From assembly GCA_013239625.1 (NCBI GenBank), contig MU053881.1, forward strand, positions 620,001 through 684,000: a stretch of 64,000 nt of DNA, given 5' to 3'. Below, one piece after another: positions 47,701 through 62,700 of this stretch. Under the pieces are notes generated by a model, which made no database searches, had not been told where the DNA came from, and was given only the letters and a program-made list of their open reading frames with translations. Made by a program: the position numbers and the translations under genes. This DNA is from Lama guanicoe (Eukaryota). Position 1 is the first letter of the stretch. Each line of letters begins with the position of its first letter.

Positions 47701-50700
47701 CAGTATGTATTTCACACGTTTGGCACAATTCAATTTGGACTAGACACACCTCAAGCACCTAACAGCCTTCTGCAGCTGGTGGCTACAGTGCTGGACAGCA
47801 CAGCCCTAGAAATGAGCCTTTAACCTAAGTTTTTAGGACAGCACGAAAACAAAAGGGAGTGCCCACACCTGCTGCCTGCTTCTGGCAGGAGACTCCTCAC
47901 AGCCTGCCCTGCGGTGGCAGGAAAGCTGAACTTCAACACAACAAGCCCCTTAAATCTCAACCTTGCCCCTTCTCTTTCTCCCAAAACTCCTTCTCATTAC
48001 CTCATTCAGTATATTCAGCCAGAATCTACTGAGAGCTCACCAAGCCAGCCACTGTCTGGGCCCTGGGGATATAGCATGGAACAGACAGACAAGACAAACC
48101 TCTTGCTCTCCTGCTGCCTACCTGCTTACTGACTTGTGCTCCCAAGAAAATAAAGCACAGAAAGGGAGTTTGTGGGGCTTATGATTTGTAAAAAGGTGCT
48201 CAGAAAAGGCCTCATTGAGTGTGACAAGTTTAAGCCAAAGTCTGCAGAAGATGAGAGAGTGAGCCATGCCAGCATCTCTGGCGGGCCCAGGTCTAGGGCA
48301 GAGCAGTATGCAGAGGCTGAGTGGGAGGGTGCCCAAGTGGTGCTGGTTCTGGGGCGGCGGGGGGGAGGTGGTCCTTGAAGAGATGGTGCCAGAGGATCCA
48401 GGTGGAAGGAAGAGGGCAAGAGAGGGCGGGAGGGACAGAAATGCCAGACTGCCTAGGATCTGTGGGCCCTGACTAAGGGCTGGTTTTACCTCACAGGAGA
48501 CAGACACCTGTGGCGGGGCCTGAGCAGGGGAACAAGATCGTCCTGGCTGCTGGGCGGAGAGCCGATCAGAGCAGGGCAGAGTAGGGCAAGGGCAAACATG
48601 GAGACCAATCAGGAGGCAATAATCCAGGTAAAAACAATTGGCTTACATGGCGGTGGCAGCAGCAGAGGTGGCCAGCTCTGGATGCATGCTGAAGGTGGTG
48701 CTGCTGAGGTCTGCTGCTGGGGTTTGGCCTCTGAGAGAAGAATGTCCCTGGCAGACTCACGTGTGGCTAAAGCAGTGAGTGGTAACAAGTGGCAGCAGAG
48801 GGGCTGGGTTCACTGACGCTGTTCTGATGGACTCTGAGGCTGCTGGCGGGGAGAGGCCGTGGGCATGTGGGGTTCAGGATGGAGGTGGGCAGAAGAAAAG
48901 CAGTTCTGGCACGAGCACAGGGAGCTCCGTGGCCACCCTCCTGCACCTGACAGCAGAGGGCACACAGTGCCCACCTTCAAGTCTTCCTCAATTCCCATAG
49001 ACAGCCCGTGGACTTGGCTTTTCGTGTCATCCCCTGGTGCAGCACAAACACCATAGCACAGTGATGGCCAGTCTTCCTGTCTGTCTCTATCAGCTCCAAA
49101 GGCAGGGTCACTCCCTCATTCACTTCTGTCTTTCCAGTACCAGAATGGGACTTGACATCACTGCTCAGTAAACAGACCCCTAAATTCTGCCTGTTGGTTG
49201 GGACTGGCTAGTTTGTCAAACCAACTCATACCTGATTAACAAAGGTTAATAAGGAGATCAAAAACAACAGAACAAAAACAAACATTTAAAAAGAAATCTC
49301 CAATATGAAAATGAATATATGTATGAACTAAAACATGCTGTATACCCCAGAAACTGACACAACTCCGTAAACTGAACGTACTTCAATAAAAAAAGAAATC
49401 TAAACAGGTAAAAGCTCCCATTTATTAAGCACCTATTCCGTGCTAGGGGAGCAAATCTGCAAAGCAGGTGTTGTTATCACCATTTCAGGGGGAAGGAAAC
49501 CAAAGCTTGAAGTGGGTAAGGAGAGCAAAGAGGAAGGGGATCAGCAGTAACCGTGGCTCAGAAGCAGTACCAGACTATGCGCGCGTGCGGAGTGAACGTG
49601 GGAGGGACAGCTGCTCACATCTTAATCCTCGAAGGCACAGTAGAGGACACTGCGGAGTGTGAGCTGCAAACATCCAGCTGCAGCTTCATGGCTCCCAGGG
49701 GTGGCTCAATGCTGCCATACCAGAGGCTGGTACTGTACACAGAACACATGTAAATTAACTCTCCACATGATGACTTATACAGGCTGCACACACGTGCTCA
49801 AACTGTGCCACAGAATCCAACTTATGACATGGACTCTAAACTTTCTAATAAAAATGTTTAAAAAGTGTAAGAAGGTTATCCTCCCTTAAGGTGAAACAGA
49901 CCACCGGAGGCAGAGACTCTACACGTATCAGCGCAGCGCGAAGAGTGCATCTTAGGCTCCAAAGCTCAAGACCTCTGCAGATTTGGAGCTGCGGCTTAGC
50001 TCCACACCTGACATCCTTGGACATTCCTCTGTAGCTGCCCTGGCAAAGGTCACCAATGAGGACATGAGGCTAAATGCGACTTTTTAGCAACCCCTGGCCT
50101 GGCAGGGGCTCTCCTGATCTGGGCTCAGGAAATGGAATCTCGAATATCAGAAACTCTTGATTCATCCCTAACTCCTACTCCTCCTTGAAGTCCAGCTCAA
50201 TCACCATATATCCTGTTCATTTTACCACCTCAGCATCTCTGGAATGTGGCCTCTGTCCCCACACTGCCACTTTCTAGCTCCTCCTTGTCATTTCTTGCCT
50301 AGCTAGTCTCTCTGCTGCCAGTCATTTCTCTGACATCCAAGCCCACCCTCAATCTGCTCTCCATACCACTGCAAGGATTTTCTAAGGCATACATTTACTT
50401 ATGGCCTACCACTGTGTAAATCCTTTAGTTGGTCCTCCATGGTACACAGAGAGAATCAAGTACAGGCCTCTTGCCATGATATGGACAATGGCTGATTCTG
50501 TGCATCAACTTGACAGGGCCATCAGGGGCCCATATATTTCGTCAAACATTATTCTGGGTGTGTCTGTGAAGGTGCTTCTGGATGAGGTTAATACTTGCAT
50601 CAGCAGACTGAGTAAAGAAGACCGCCCTTTGGATCTGGATGGATCCCATCAGCTGGGGCCCTGAAGAGAACAAAAAGTCTAAGTAACAGGGGACTGACTG

Positions 50701-53700
50701 CTTGAGCTGAGACGTCATTTTTTTCCTGCCTTTGGACTCACACCGCAACATCGGCTCTTCGTGGGGTTTCCAGCGTGCCGACATTTGGACTGTAGCACTG
50801 CAGCACTGGGGCTCCTGGGCCTCCAGTTTGCCAACTACAGATCTTGGGACTTGTCAGCCTCCATCACCACGTGAGCCAATTCATTACAATAAATAAATCA
50901 GTCTCTCCCTTCCCCCTCCCATGTATACATGTTTCCTAATGGTTCTATTTCTCTAGAGAACCCTGACTAACCCAGTACGTAAGGCTTTTATGATTTGACA
51001 TGTTTACATCTCCAAAATTATTACTCAATACTTCCTTCTTATATTTTCCTTTGCAATTAATTTCCTTCCATTGTGAAGGTATCATACATACATGCACAGG
51101 TTAACAGTGCAGAGTAATACTAAAATGAACACTGTGTACCAACTGCTCAAAGAAAGAAACAACAGCACCAGCACTTTAGAACCTTGACACTCAAAACAGG
51201 GTCCCAGGACAGAACCAGCATCACCAAGGCTGAGGGTTAAAAATGCTGCATCTCTGTCTCCCCCCTCTGCATTAGAATCTGCACTTGGTTCACATGCACA
51301 TGAAGTCTGAGAAGCTCTCCTCAGAGGCCCCTGCGTCCCCTCTTCTCGTCAACACCCCCAGAGATAACTAATATCCTAACTTTGTGTTAATTGCTCTTAA
51401 TTATTCTACCACCCTCACGTCATCTATCCCCAAACAACAAACCAGTGAAAATAGAGGGCGAGCCAACACCAGCCGGGCACAGAGAGTAGCTTTGACCTCG
51501 CTGGACAGAGGCTCCAGGAGGAGGTGAGTGGAGCAGACTCGGGTCACAGTCTGACTTCCGCTTCTCTGGAAATTGACAAGGCCCCTTCTGAGGAAGTTGC
51601 AAGCAAGGTCACGAGTGAGTCTTAGGAAACACTGGACTTTCCACAGCTGGGCACCTAGTAAGGCGTGCCACACATAGACCAGGCACCAGAAGTCCAGTCA
51701 GCGGGAGTGCACTGCTCTGTACTTCTCGCTTTTGAGCCCAGCGTGGCCAACCTCCAGCCCTCAGGGAAAAGCTGAAAACTTCCATGAGCGTCCTCGGCAA
51801 AGCATGAAGGGAGAGACATGATTAACACAAGCCAAGTACTGATGAGAACCTGGGTCAAGTCCTCCTGGGCGTTCTGTCCTCAGCTAAAAAGACCTGATGG
51901 AACTGGGGGTCTCAGTGATGACAGTGTATGTGCTGGTGCAGAGCTGTTGTCCTGGGAGCACTTTTCATTCTCCTCCAAGTGACCCCTTGCCTTTTTTCTT
52001 TTTTGTCTGTTGGAGCTCCTGTTTTCTGTATCTTATGGCTTAGTTTTTCTTGACTTATTCTTTCAATTTTGGTGGAGTATTTCTTGCAGTAGCTTCTTGA
52101 GAAAGGATATCTGACAGTTAAAATTTTTTTAAATCTCTGATCTCTGAAAATGACTTTATTCTATACTCATTCTTGCTGTATACTTTGGCTAGGTACAGAA
52201 TTCTAGGTTGGCAATCATTTTCCTTCAGAATGCTGAAGGCACTGTACCACTGTTTTCTTGATTCCTATTTGCTGCTATGAAGTTCAAAGATACTCTGACT
52301 GTGTACCTGTGATCTAGTACCCTTTCCACGCCAGAAGCTTGCAGAATCTTTTCTTTAAACCCAATGTTCAGAAAGTTTAAGGCTGGCCTGGGTCTATTTT
52401 CTTCCCCAGCGCTGGGCAAACAGTGCATTTTTAATCTGGCAACGCATGCCCTTAAGTCCTCAAATTATTTTTTAAATCATTTCTCTCTTCCAATGAACTT
52501 TTTTTTCCTTTTTTTTTTTTTTAATGTAAGGACTAGGGATTGAACCCAGCTAAGCATGCATTCTACCAATGAGCTATTACCCTCCCCACCTCTACCAGTA
52601 ACTTCTATTATTCAGATGTTCATTCTCCCACACCGGTCCTCCAATTTTCTTTTCTATTTTCCATCTGCTCTTTTTTTCCCCTTTACTTTTTGGGAAAATT
52701 ACTCATGTATTATATGTGTAGTTCACATATATTTCATATTTTTATCTTTCTAAGATTTTGTTTTCTGAATTAAAACGATTGTCTCATAAATACATACATA
52801 CATACATACTTCCTCTTATCTATCTCGTTAACATCTCTTTGGCCAAAGCAAGCTGTATGTCCAAGCTCCAAATCAAGTAATGGGCAAGTATACTCTGCCT
52901 GCTTTGAAGCTATGGCAAGGGTGTGTAGGTTTGTGATATGATCGAGAGAGTGAAGAATTGAGACCAAGTATTTCACTTACCCCCACATAACTAAGGGATA
53001 TGACATATTCCCATCAATAACAGCAACTGGGGGGAAGGTAGAGTAGAGGGTAGAGCTCAGTGGTAGAGGACATCCTTAGCACTCATGAGGTCCTGGGTTC
53101 AATTCCTAGCACCTCCATTAAAAACAAATAAATAAAACCTAATTACCCTACCCACCTTCAAAAAAAAAAAAGACAAAGCAAACAAATAACAGCAACTCAT
53201 TTTAGCAGGGGTAAGGGATAAAAGTCAGGCAATAGGTGGAAGAGAAAGGGCATCAGCAGACAAGAGGATGTGCACTTACAAAGTGCCTCAAGTACAGCAG
53301 TCCGCCCTTCCCCACGAGGCCCCACCCGCAGGGAAAGCCTGAAACCACAGGTGTCCTGAGCTCTGTACACCCTTTTCACTTAAAGCACTTCACAGCTTCT
53401 CTTTGGCATCTCCAAATTTCTAGCATCACTACTCTTGCGCTTTGGGATTGTTATTAAGTAAAATAAGGGTTAGATGAAAACATGCACTTAAACTCTGAGA
53501 CAGCCGACCTGATAACCTAGAGGGCTACTAAGTGACTAAAGGCTGTGTAGAGTATACAGCACAGATATGCTGGACAAAGGGGTGAATCATGTCCCCTGGG
53601 GAACAGAGCAGGAGAGCACAAAATTTCTTCACGCTACTCAGAATGGCCCACAGTCTAAAATTTAATGAATTATTTCTAGAATTTTCCATTTAATCTTTTC

Positions 53701-56700
53701 AGATGAGGGTTTGATCATAGGTAACTGAAACATTAGAAAGCAAAACCAGAGATAAGGGGGGACCATGTTAATTCTGATATACATGCCCCTCTGCCAGAGA
53801 GCGTCTTTGACTGAAAAATCTCTGTTCCACACTAAATAATATATTAACTAGTAATTTGTTTCTAAAAAACTTCTAGTTTTTATAAAGTTCTTTATCATGT
53901 ATGATCTCCTCTGCAGAAGCTAAATGGCATTGGAAAGACAAAGAGCTCTGAATTGGACTTTGGTTTGAATTCTGGTCGTATCACTGAGCTGGCAATCTTG
54001 GCAAGTTAACCTATGAGCCTCAGTTTCCTTACATGTAAAATTGGACATAATATCCACCATATAACTATATTTAGAGAGTCTGATCCTTGTAAAATTTTCT
54101 TTTGACCTGACCAGCTAGGCTACTTACACCAAAGCAGACCAGGCCGGATGCCATGATCCCCAAACAGGTACATTACATTCAAGTCGCAGAGGCAGCTGAA
54201 GGTCCAATCCCAAGACAGCCGCCCCAATACACAGCAGACCCCCTCCAGCCAGCCCACGGCCTCCTTAATGGAAAGGTCCTGATATCACTAGCCAATCAGC
54301 AACACTCAGAGACTTTGCCTTCTCAGCAAGGGAAGAGATAGCTGGTGGTTTTTCTATTTTTCTCCCCCTGAACCACACCCATCCCCCAGAACCTAGGCTG
54401 TGCTGGACTGGGTCCCTGAGTGGAGGTAAAATTTTTCTACACAGTTTACAATCTTTGGTCTCTTAAATATTTTTTCCTCTTAACACCTTTTAACAATGAG
54501 GAAGTTGGAGCAGAGAGTGTCATGCCTTAAACCATACAACTACTTTAGGCCAAAATCGTCACTGTGTTCAGATTTTTGACCTGGCCCATAACTAGCTTTA
54601 TCTCACCTGCATGCAAATATTGAACTATCTTCCTTCTGCTTACCAGCAGCATCCTCCTTCCCTGAGACACAAGGCCTACTGTCTCTTCTCCTTTCTGCTT
54701 ACATTAGCATACTTTATTCATACCTGTACAGTAATAAAGATACTATACAAGAAGGGAGATACATAAATATAAAATTTTTCCTTGTTTTATATTTAGGCAG
54801 AAAATCATAGCATCTATCACATCTTTTTTTGACTGACTTTAAAATTAGTCTTTCTAATATCATTGATATGTCTCTATTAAGAAGCCCTTATAATTGCTAG
54901 AAAATTTGGGGGGCATGTGGTTTGGAAAAATCATAGTTTTGGTCTTCTAATTTTTAAAAATTTGCAGTAAATAACTCATACCATAAAATGTATTGCCTTA
55001 ACTATGTTTATGTGTACAGTATAGTAGCGTTAACTATATGCACACTGTTGTGCAACAAATCTCTAGGACTTTTCATCCTGCAAAAGTGAAACTCTATATC
55101 CATTGAATGAGTCCCCCTCTCCCTTTCCCTCCAGCCCCTGGCAATTACCATTCTACCTTGTGTTTCTAAGAAGTTTGATGATTTTAGATACCTCAGGTAA
55201 GTGGCATCACACAGTATTTGTCGTTTTGCAATTGGCTTATTTCACTTAGCATAATGTCCTCAAGGTTCATCCATGTTTTAACATGTGACACAATTTCTTT
55301 CCTGTTTAAGGCTGAGCAATAGTCCTATGTATGTATACAGCATATTTTCTTCATTCATCTGCTGATGGAAACTTAGAGTGCTTCCACCTCTTGGCTATTG
55401 TGAGCAAAGTTGCAATGAACATGGCAGTATAGAACAGGGCCTACTCTCTTATCTCTGCCAACTCCACCTCTGAAACGATCCCAACTGAAAAACACACAAC
55501 TTCTGACTCCCAATTCAGAACTCCTTGCACAATATCATTAATACTCATTCCACAGATGCTTGCTGAGTGCCAAATATGTGGCATGTATGGCGCTAGACTA
55601 TTGGTCTTGCTCTTAGGTTGCTCTCAGTCTAATGGAGAGCAGCAAACACACCAATTAAAGCTCAGTCCGGTTGTTCTGACAGAGGTTAAGCACCTCGTCC
55701 GGCTAGGAGGGACTTAGGGAAGAGGTCTCAAAGGAGATGACACATGAGCAGAGTTCTGAATGGTGAGCAAGCATCAGACACTATGAGACCAGGGAAAGGC
55801 GTACACATTAAGACACCAAGACACATTAGGCCATTTTCAAAGAACCACTTTCACAGTATTTCTGGGGTCCTGGAGTGCTGCACATGGGCTTCATTCACAT
55901 GGTGCCGGACGCCATCCCAATGACATGCTGCTCCACGTGTTCACCGTGTACCATGGTCTCGTCTGCTGCTCTGCTGGGCAGTAGTTCTTTATTGACTTAA
56001 GGGACTCGGGCACTTCAATTGCCAGTTTGGCCTGCAAGTTGGGATGCTCTGAATTCAGATACAGCACAGAGTGGGTACCAGGAGTGGTAATAATTTTCAT
56101 TTAAAGACGTCATTCTAGCAATTCTCCAAGGAAGAAATACAAATGATCAATAGGCACATGAAAAAATGCTCAGTATCACTAATTATCAGAGAAATGCAAA
56201 TCAAAACTACAATGAGGTATCACCTCACACCAGTCAGAATGGCCATCATTCAAAAGCCCACAAATGACAAATGCTGGAGAGGCTGTGGAGAAAAGGGAGC
56301 ACCCCCTACACTGCTGGTAGGAATGCAGTTTGGTGCAGCCGCTGTGGAAAACAGTAGGGAGATTCCTCAAGAGACTAGGAATAGACTTACCATATGACCC
56401 AGGAGTCCCGCTCCTGGGCATATATCCAGAAGGAACCCTACTTCAAAAAGACACCTACACCCCAATGTTCATAGCAGCACTATTTACAATAGCCAAGACA
56501 TGGAAACAGCCTAAATGTCCATCAGCAGATGACTGGATAAAGAAGATGTGGTATATTTATACAATGGAATACTACTCAGCTATAAAAACCGACAACATAA
56601 CGCCATTTGCAGCAACATGGATGTTCCTGGAGAATGTCATTCTAAGTGAAGTAAGCCAGAAAGAGAAAGAAAAATACCATATGAGATTGCTCATATGTGG

Positions 56701-59700
56701 AATCTTAAAACAAAAACAAAAACAAAAAAACCCGTAAGTACAAAACAGAAACAGACTCATAGACACAGAATACAAACTTGTGGTTGCCAAGGGGGCGGGG
56801 GGGAAGGGGCAGACTGGGATTTTTGTAGAATAGATAAATGTAGAATAGATAAACAAGACTATACTGTGTAGCACAGGGAAATATATACAAGATCTTGTGG
56901 TAACTCACAGAGAAAAAAAAATGTGACAATGAATATATATATGTTCATGTATAACTGAAAAATTGTGCTCTACACTGGAATTTGACAACATTGTAAAATG
57001 ACTATAACTCAATAAAAAAATGTAAAGAAAAGTAAATAAAGACATCATTCTACCATCCTCAACGAAATAAACAACGTATAGCTCTTTGAAAAGGGTGCTC
57101 CCTGAGAGAGCAGAGAATATGGGTCAGATACATGAAGGCAATGCAGTGTCCCTGATGCAGGCAACAGAACTCATGAGAAAGCTCCATACTCTCGAACACT
57201 CTCCGTTAGAATTCAAAAGTGAGATGTTAGTCATGGGGATGTACATTACTGTGGGTATTTGAAAACTGAAGTCAAATTTTTTCTGACAGAAAGCTGATTA
57301 ATTTGACAATGAAAACTGATTTTGCCAATTGCTAAAATGCTTTTACCTGGCAGACATTTGCTATACATTAAACAAGCTACAGTCACAGCTCTAAGATTTT
57401 GATGAAAATATATCAAAGAAGATAGAAGTATTTTATCAAAAAATACTGTATTGGCATAGGTATATTGAAATGAATAGTGTTTTGATTTTCCCAACCAATT
57501 TTGAGTATCTTAGGTTAAACAAAGTCCTTCTAAGTGAAGGAATAACAGGTATAATCAATAATCAACTGATAAGATTTGGTAAAGATTTTGTGTTACGTTT
57601 CTTGGTAACTGAGAAAATGAATGACTAATGACTAGACTAGGTTATCCTTTTGTAAGTCAGGTTTCTAATTCTCTTTTAATAAAATTGAAAATGTACCTAA
57701 CCAAGTTGTCAGCTAATTAGTAATTTTTTTTGATCATGCAGTTTACTGACGTATAATCAGTTTACAGTGTTGTGTCAATTTCTGGTGTACAGCAAAATGT
57801 TTCGGTCATATATATACATACATATATTCCTTTTCATATTCTTTTTCATTATAGGTTACTACAAGATATTGAATATAGTTTCCTAATTTTTGATGATACA
57901 TATCACTGTGATTTTAAGCATACAACTCAAATTTCAAAAAATTGAGTAACATTGTTATAATTAAATTTATTCCTTTCCTTTATACTTATTTATGTGAACA
58001 AGGATTTGAGATTTAAATTTATAAAAACAAAACAACAGGAACAGAATGAAGAGCTGCCCTTTTGTCAACAATATTCATCCACGGTTACACAAACTGAGGA
58101 GGAAAAAGCCTCATCCACCTCAATAAGGGAGGCATTTCTAATAAACTTATACTTTTTGCTCAATATTTATAAAAATGTATAATGCATTTGTTGATTTGCT
58201 GCATACTAATTTACTATAATTCAACTTATTGAAATAAGAAATATATGTAACATACATAAACTTATAAATGCTACACATATTCTTTTGTATAAATCAACTT
58301 TAAAAAGAGCTAAAATATGCAGAGAGATTTATGACCACAGTAAATTGAAAAGCTTTTAATTTCAATTTTTATACCTGTTTTTGTTGCAGAGAAACATGCC
58401 AGAGTGATCCAATAAAGGTTTTCAAGTACTCATTATGTTGGAATAAAATTACATAGGACAAATGTAAAAGAAATGCAAGTTCCAGGAGAAAAAGGAAACA
58501 CTTAAAATTTCTGTTAAAGAAAAGCATTCTTTAAATGGTAGATGCAAGCTTGTCACTAAGGTATTCAGATTGCACTGGGTACATTTTAAAAAGTGATCCA
58601 ACCATTTTATTTTTAAATGTTAATATTTATAATTGTCTGGAAATTACAACCTCCACAACTATAAATAGCATTTTCGCCCTTTTTCTTTTCTCTGTTTAAA
58701 ATAGCTGATTCATATTAAACATTTGTAGCACTTATAAAGCTCTGTATTAATAAGTTTTGTATCTCACATATTTCACTTAATAAACTGACTTATGGTAACA
58801 GTATACAATTGATCAACAGAATGAATGTATTGTAATTTTTGATAAGCTTAAAAATTTAGGATGAGAAGTTCTAGATGCAGACATAAAAATGTGTAAGAGG
58901 GTTCACAATGTCTCAAAATTTAGTCCAAGTATCAGACTAAAGCTTTTCATGATATGACTCCTACCTTTCCAGCTTTATCTTCCAGCCTCTAGCAATTTAA
59001 GTCCCAAATTAAAAGAATTACTGTCATAATTTTATGCTTTTGCTTAATTTCCCAAAGGGATCAAAGTCCTATTAGATGCTCCCTGATAAGAGCGCAAATC
59101 CACATGCATATTAGCACATTAAATGCTTGAAAATGTCCTAAATAAAGGAAATTTTAAAAATTTGTTTATCCCAGTGTCACTCAAATTTCTTCAACTCTAG
59201 AACTCTTTTAATAGCCCATGAAATTAGTTTCATGGAACACCCTTTGGGGAAACACCTGGCAAAATATTAAGACCCATTTTAAAAGTCAAGTCTTTAAAGT
59301 CTTCCAAACTTCACCCAAGGGGCACCCCTTTTCCAATGTCCCCACAGGCTTTGCAGCCCTTAGCAGGGCTTTGCAATGACCTGTTTACCATCCACACTCC
59401 ATTAGGCTGTGTGACATAGGTCTGGCACCACAGTTCCCAGTGCCCAGCAGAAGCTCAATGTTGGTTGGACAAATGACCAACTTAAAGCTGGAAGTGAAGG
59501 AAAGGAGTGGGTAAGTCTCAAGTTTCTACTCTGGATGACTGGACTAGGGAAAATACTCCAAATACAAGATTAGCAGGAAAAAGGGAGAGTCCCTTTTGGC
59601 CATGTGGGAAATCAAAGTGGAAATGTCCAGAAGACAGTTGGATTTGAACCTTGGAAGACTGATCTGGAGATACAGCACCTTATTACTATGGGTGACAGAC

Positions 59701-62700
59701 AAAGCCATGAAAGAATCAATGACATCAAACCAGGAAAAGAAAATTGAGTAAAAAAAAGTAGAGGATATAGTTGGCTGGGGAATATTAATATTTAAAAAGT
59801 GTGTAAAGAAAGTTTCTCAAGCCAAAAAACTCGGAATTCCCCTCAACTCCTCCCATACTTCCCCCAACCATCCCATCTAACTCATCACCAAGCTGTCACT
59901 TCTGCCTTCAGAAACTGTCCAGGACCATCTCTTCCTCTCCATCTGTACTACGATCACCAGCCCCAGCCTAGACCTCAGCAAAAGACCTAACTGCATCCAC
60001 TCTTACCAAGACCAATCCCAGGCATCCTTCATCTACCACCAGAATGGCCTTTAAAAAATAAGTTAGGTCATAGCAGGGTGTTGCTGCTTAAAGCCCTGCT
60101 ACTGCTTCCCGCTGCACCTGATCTGATCTTTGCTTACCCACCTCTCATACCAGCTGTCTACCTGCCAGGCTGCTCTGGCCACACCGACCTCCTTTCTGTC
60201 CTTCACGCAAGCTTGGAAGGCTCTCGCCTGACCCCGGGTGCTGTCTAACTGGAACGTTCTTTTCTGAAACTTTCAGCTAAATGATAACTTTCTGTCATTC
60301 AGGTCAAATTAAGGCAGAGTGATCTACCTAAAGTTGCTACTGTAAATCACTCAGTGTCACATAACTCTTTAAATTATTTCTTAGCATTATGAAACATTAA
60401 TTTTTAAAAATTATTGCTCTCTCTCCATGAGAGCAGAGTTTTAATTTGTCTTGTTCACTTCTGCATCCCTAGTGACCAAATATGCTCTGGCCCACAGTAC
60501 GCACTCAAATATTTAAAGCTGGAAAGAAAATCAGGAGAGAGTAGAAGCTAAGAGAACAGTATTAAGGAGGAAGTCAAGAAGAATGATGACTAAGAAGCCA
60601 ATGAATTTGGCAATTCCATCTTTGGTGTTCTTTAAGGGTGCAGCTTCAGAAAAGTAGAAGAGGCAGAAGACAGATTACAATGGGCTAATGAGCAAATGGG
60701 AAGTGCAGTGGAAAGGGCAAAGGGAAGGAAGAAGAGGGAATACTATTCTAAGGGTGAGAAAAGACAAAAGGAAGGAGAATATTTGCTTATGTTTTCAAGC
60801 TGAAGGGAAGGACCCAGTGGGAAAGGAGATACTGAAGACAAAAAAAGAAAGAGGGTGCTAGGAACAGGTCCCAAATGTTATAGGGAATAAAGGGATCCTA
60901 AAACCACATCAGTGACCTTTTCTCTAAAATGGCCCCACATGATTATACTACATCATCTGTTCTATGTCCAGCAATATTTATTCCCAGAAAATAATGTTAT
61001 TTGCATGATTCTTATGTAAATTTGGTCATTAATCATCATTAAAATTTTGCACATCTTTCTTAACTCTTAGGAGGTACACGCTAGGGTGTCGGGGGTACCT
61101 ACTGTAAAAAGGTACCCAGAGCCATGTGTGCAGTGCCCCCACAGGTGGTTTAGAGAACAAAGGTTTCAGGGAGAGAGAGCTAGTGAGGAGAGAAAGAGAG
61201 CATGTGTGCAAATGATAAAGTAAATGGGTCATGATGATGACAATGGGTGGAATCTAAGTGGAGGGTATGCAGATGATCTTCGTACTGTTTGTGTGGCTTT
61301 TCTCTAAATTTTAAATTATGTACAGATAAAAGTTAGAGAGAAAGAGAACTTCTGCATGCCTGAACTAAGCAGGGAAGGTAACATCCATGAATGGGTGGCA
61401 AGCAACTGTCAAATTTCTTCAGAGACTGTCACAACTACTTAAGAAGTAAGCAGCCAAAGTGTGGTAAGTGGACCTTTATAGCATTTTACTGAAAGAAAAT
61501 GTTCAAGCTATTGTAGAAGACTGTTTCAATGACAGAATGAATGTTTGTATAATTCTCTACAATCTGGCATCCCCAATAAAAAGAAGTCAATTACAACTGT
61601 CATTAGAAAACTACTGTTTGGTTTATGAGCACACACAGTGTGAAGAAACCCTAATAGGGTCATTCCCTGACAACTAGAGTAGAAAAAAAGTCTGACACCC
61701 TGTTTCTGATTCAACTCTAGCAAAGTAGACTTAGCTGCAGTGGAATATCCTAAGAAGGGAAAAAAATAACCAGAAGGTGAACTCTGTTAGTAAATTTGAT
61801 TTGATCCCTTTTCAGTTGTACCAATGGTTTGCTCATGGTAACTTTGTCTATAAAACAGCTGTCTATGAGTTTTATAGAACATTTGGGAAAAATAATAGTA
61901 TTCCTTATGTAAGGAATATTAATTAACTCAAATACATACATAGAACTGTCCAAAATAACAATGACCAAGAAGCAGTTTCTCCCCTCCATCTCTCTGGGCA
62001 AAGCTGTGCTCTCTCTCCAAGTCAAAATCCTATCTAGGAAGGCAAGGACTCTCTCCCCCTTGGAACTGAAGGAACCACCAAAACAGAAAATGCCGCTGTG
62101 TTCTTAGTGACACTGATCTCCTGTTCTTAAGACCCCACTCCAAAGGCCAAAGGGCTCACCTAGAATCACTTGGAGACTGAAGTGAAAAGGGTCCCTCTTC
62201 CTAGTAGGGAGGGGGAAGAGCACTTCCATTCTAAAGTTTAAACTCATGAAATCCAAGGGTCAAGGTCTAATGTGATAAGACATCAACATAACATGGCACA
62301 CCTGATCAGGCTCCGACACCCAAAGGAATGACTGACAGGCCAGACTCAAGTTCTAACACACACACAATTAATTTTTCTTCAAACAGCATGCCCAATTTCT
62401 CTCAAATAGTTTAGGATAAAAATATAACAGAGTCTAAATTCTTGCTCTCTATAAACAATTTGAATCACTACTAATATACTTTCTAGGAGGTGTTCAAGGC
62501 AACTATTTGTGTGTAAAATTAAGATTTTTTTTATGAGCTTTCATTACTTAATTGGAATGACACCCACAACTCAGTCTTTCCTTTGACTGAGTCAAACCCC
62601 TCCCTGTCTCCCAGGGGTTACAATCTAGTTGGCAAGACATGACCTTAAGTAGTATGTGACTATGTTCTTAAAATAAATATCACAGACAATACATTTCCTA

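Noticed and set aside
56143..56737. ORFs of 84 and 135 aa as a host gene or active retroelement
   Set aside because: Frameshifted C-terminal fragment of L1 ORF2 in a 5'-truncated copy
57250..58920. AT-rich block possibly derived from an old hAT DNA transposon (also 15730-16080)
   Set aside because: No terminal repeats or transposase motif could be identified by eye
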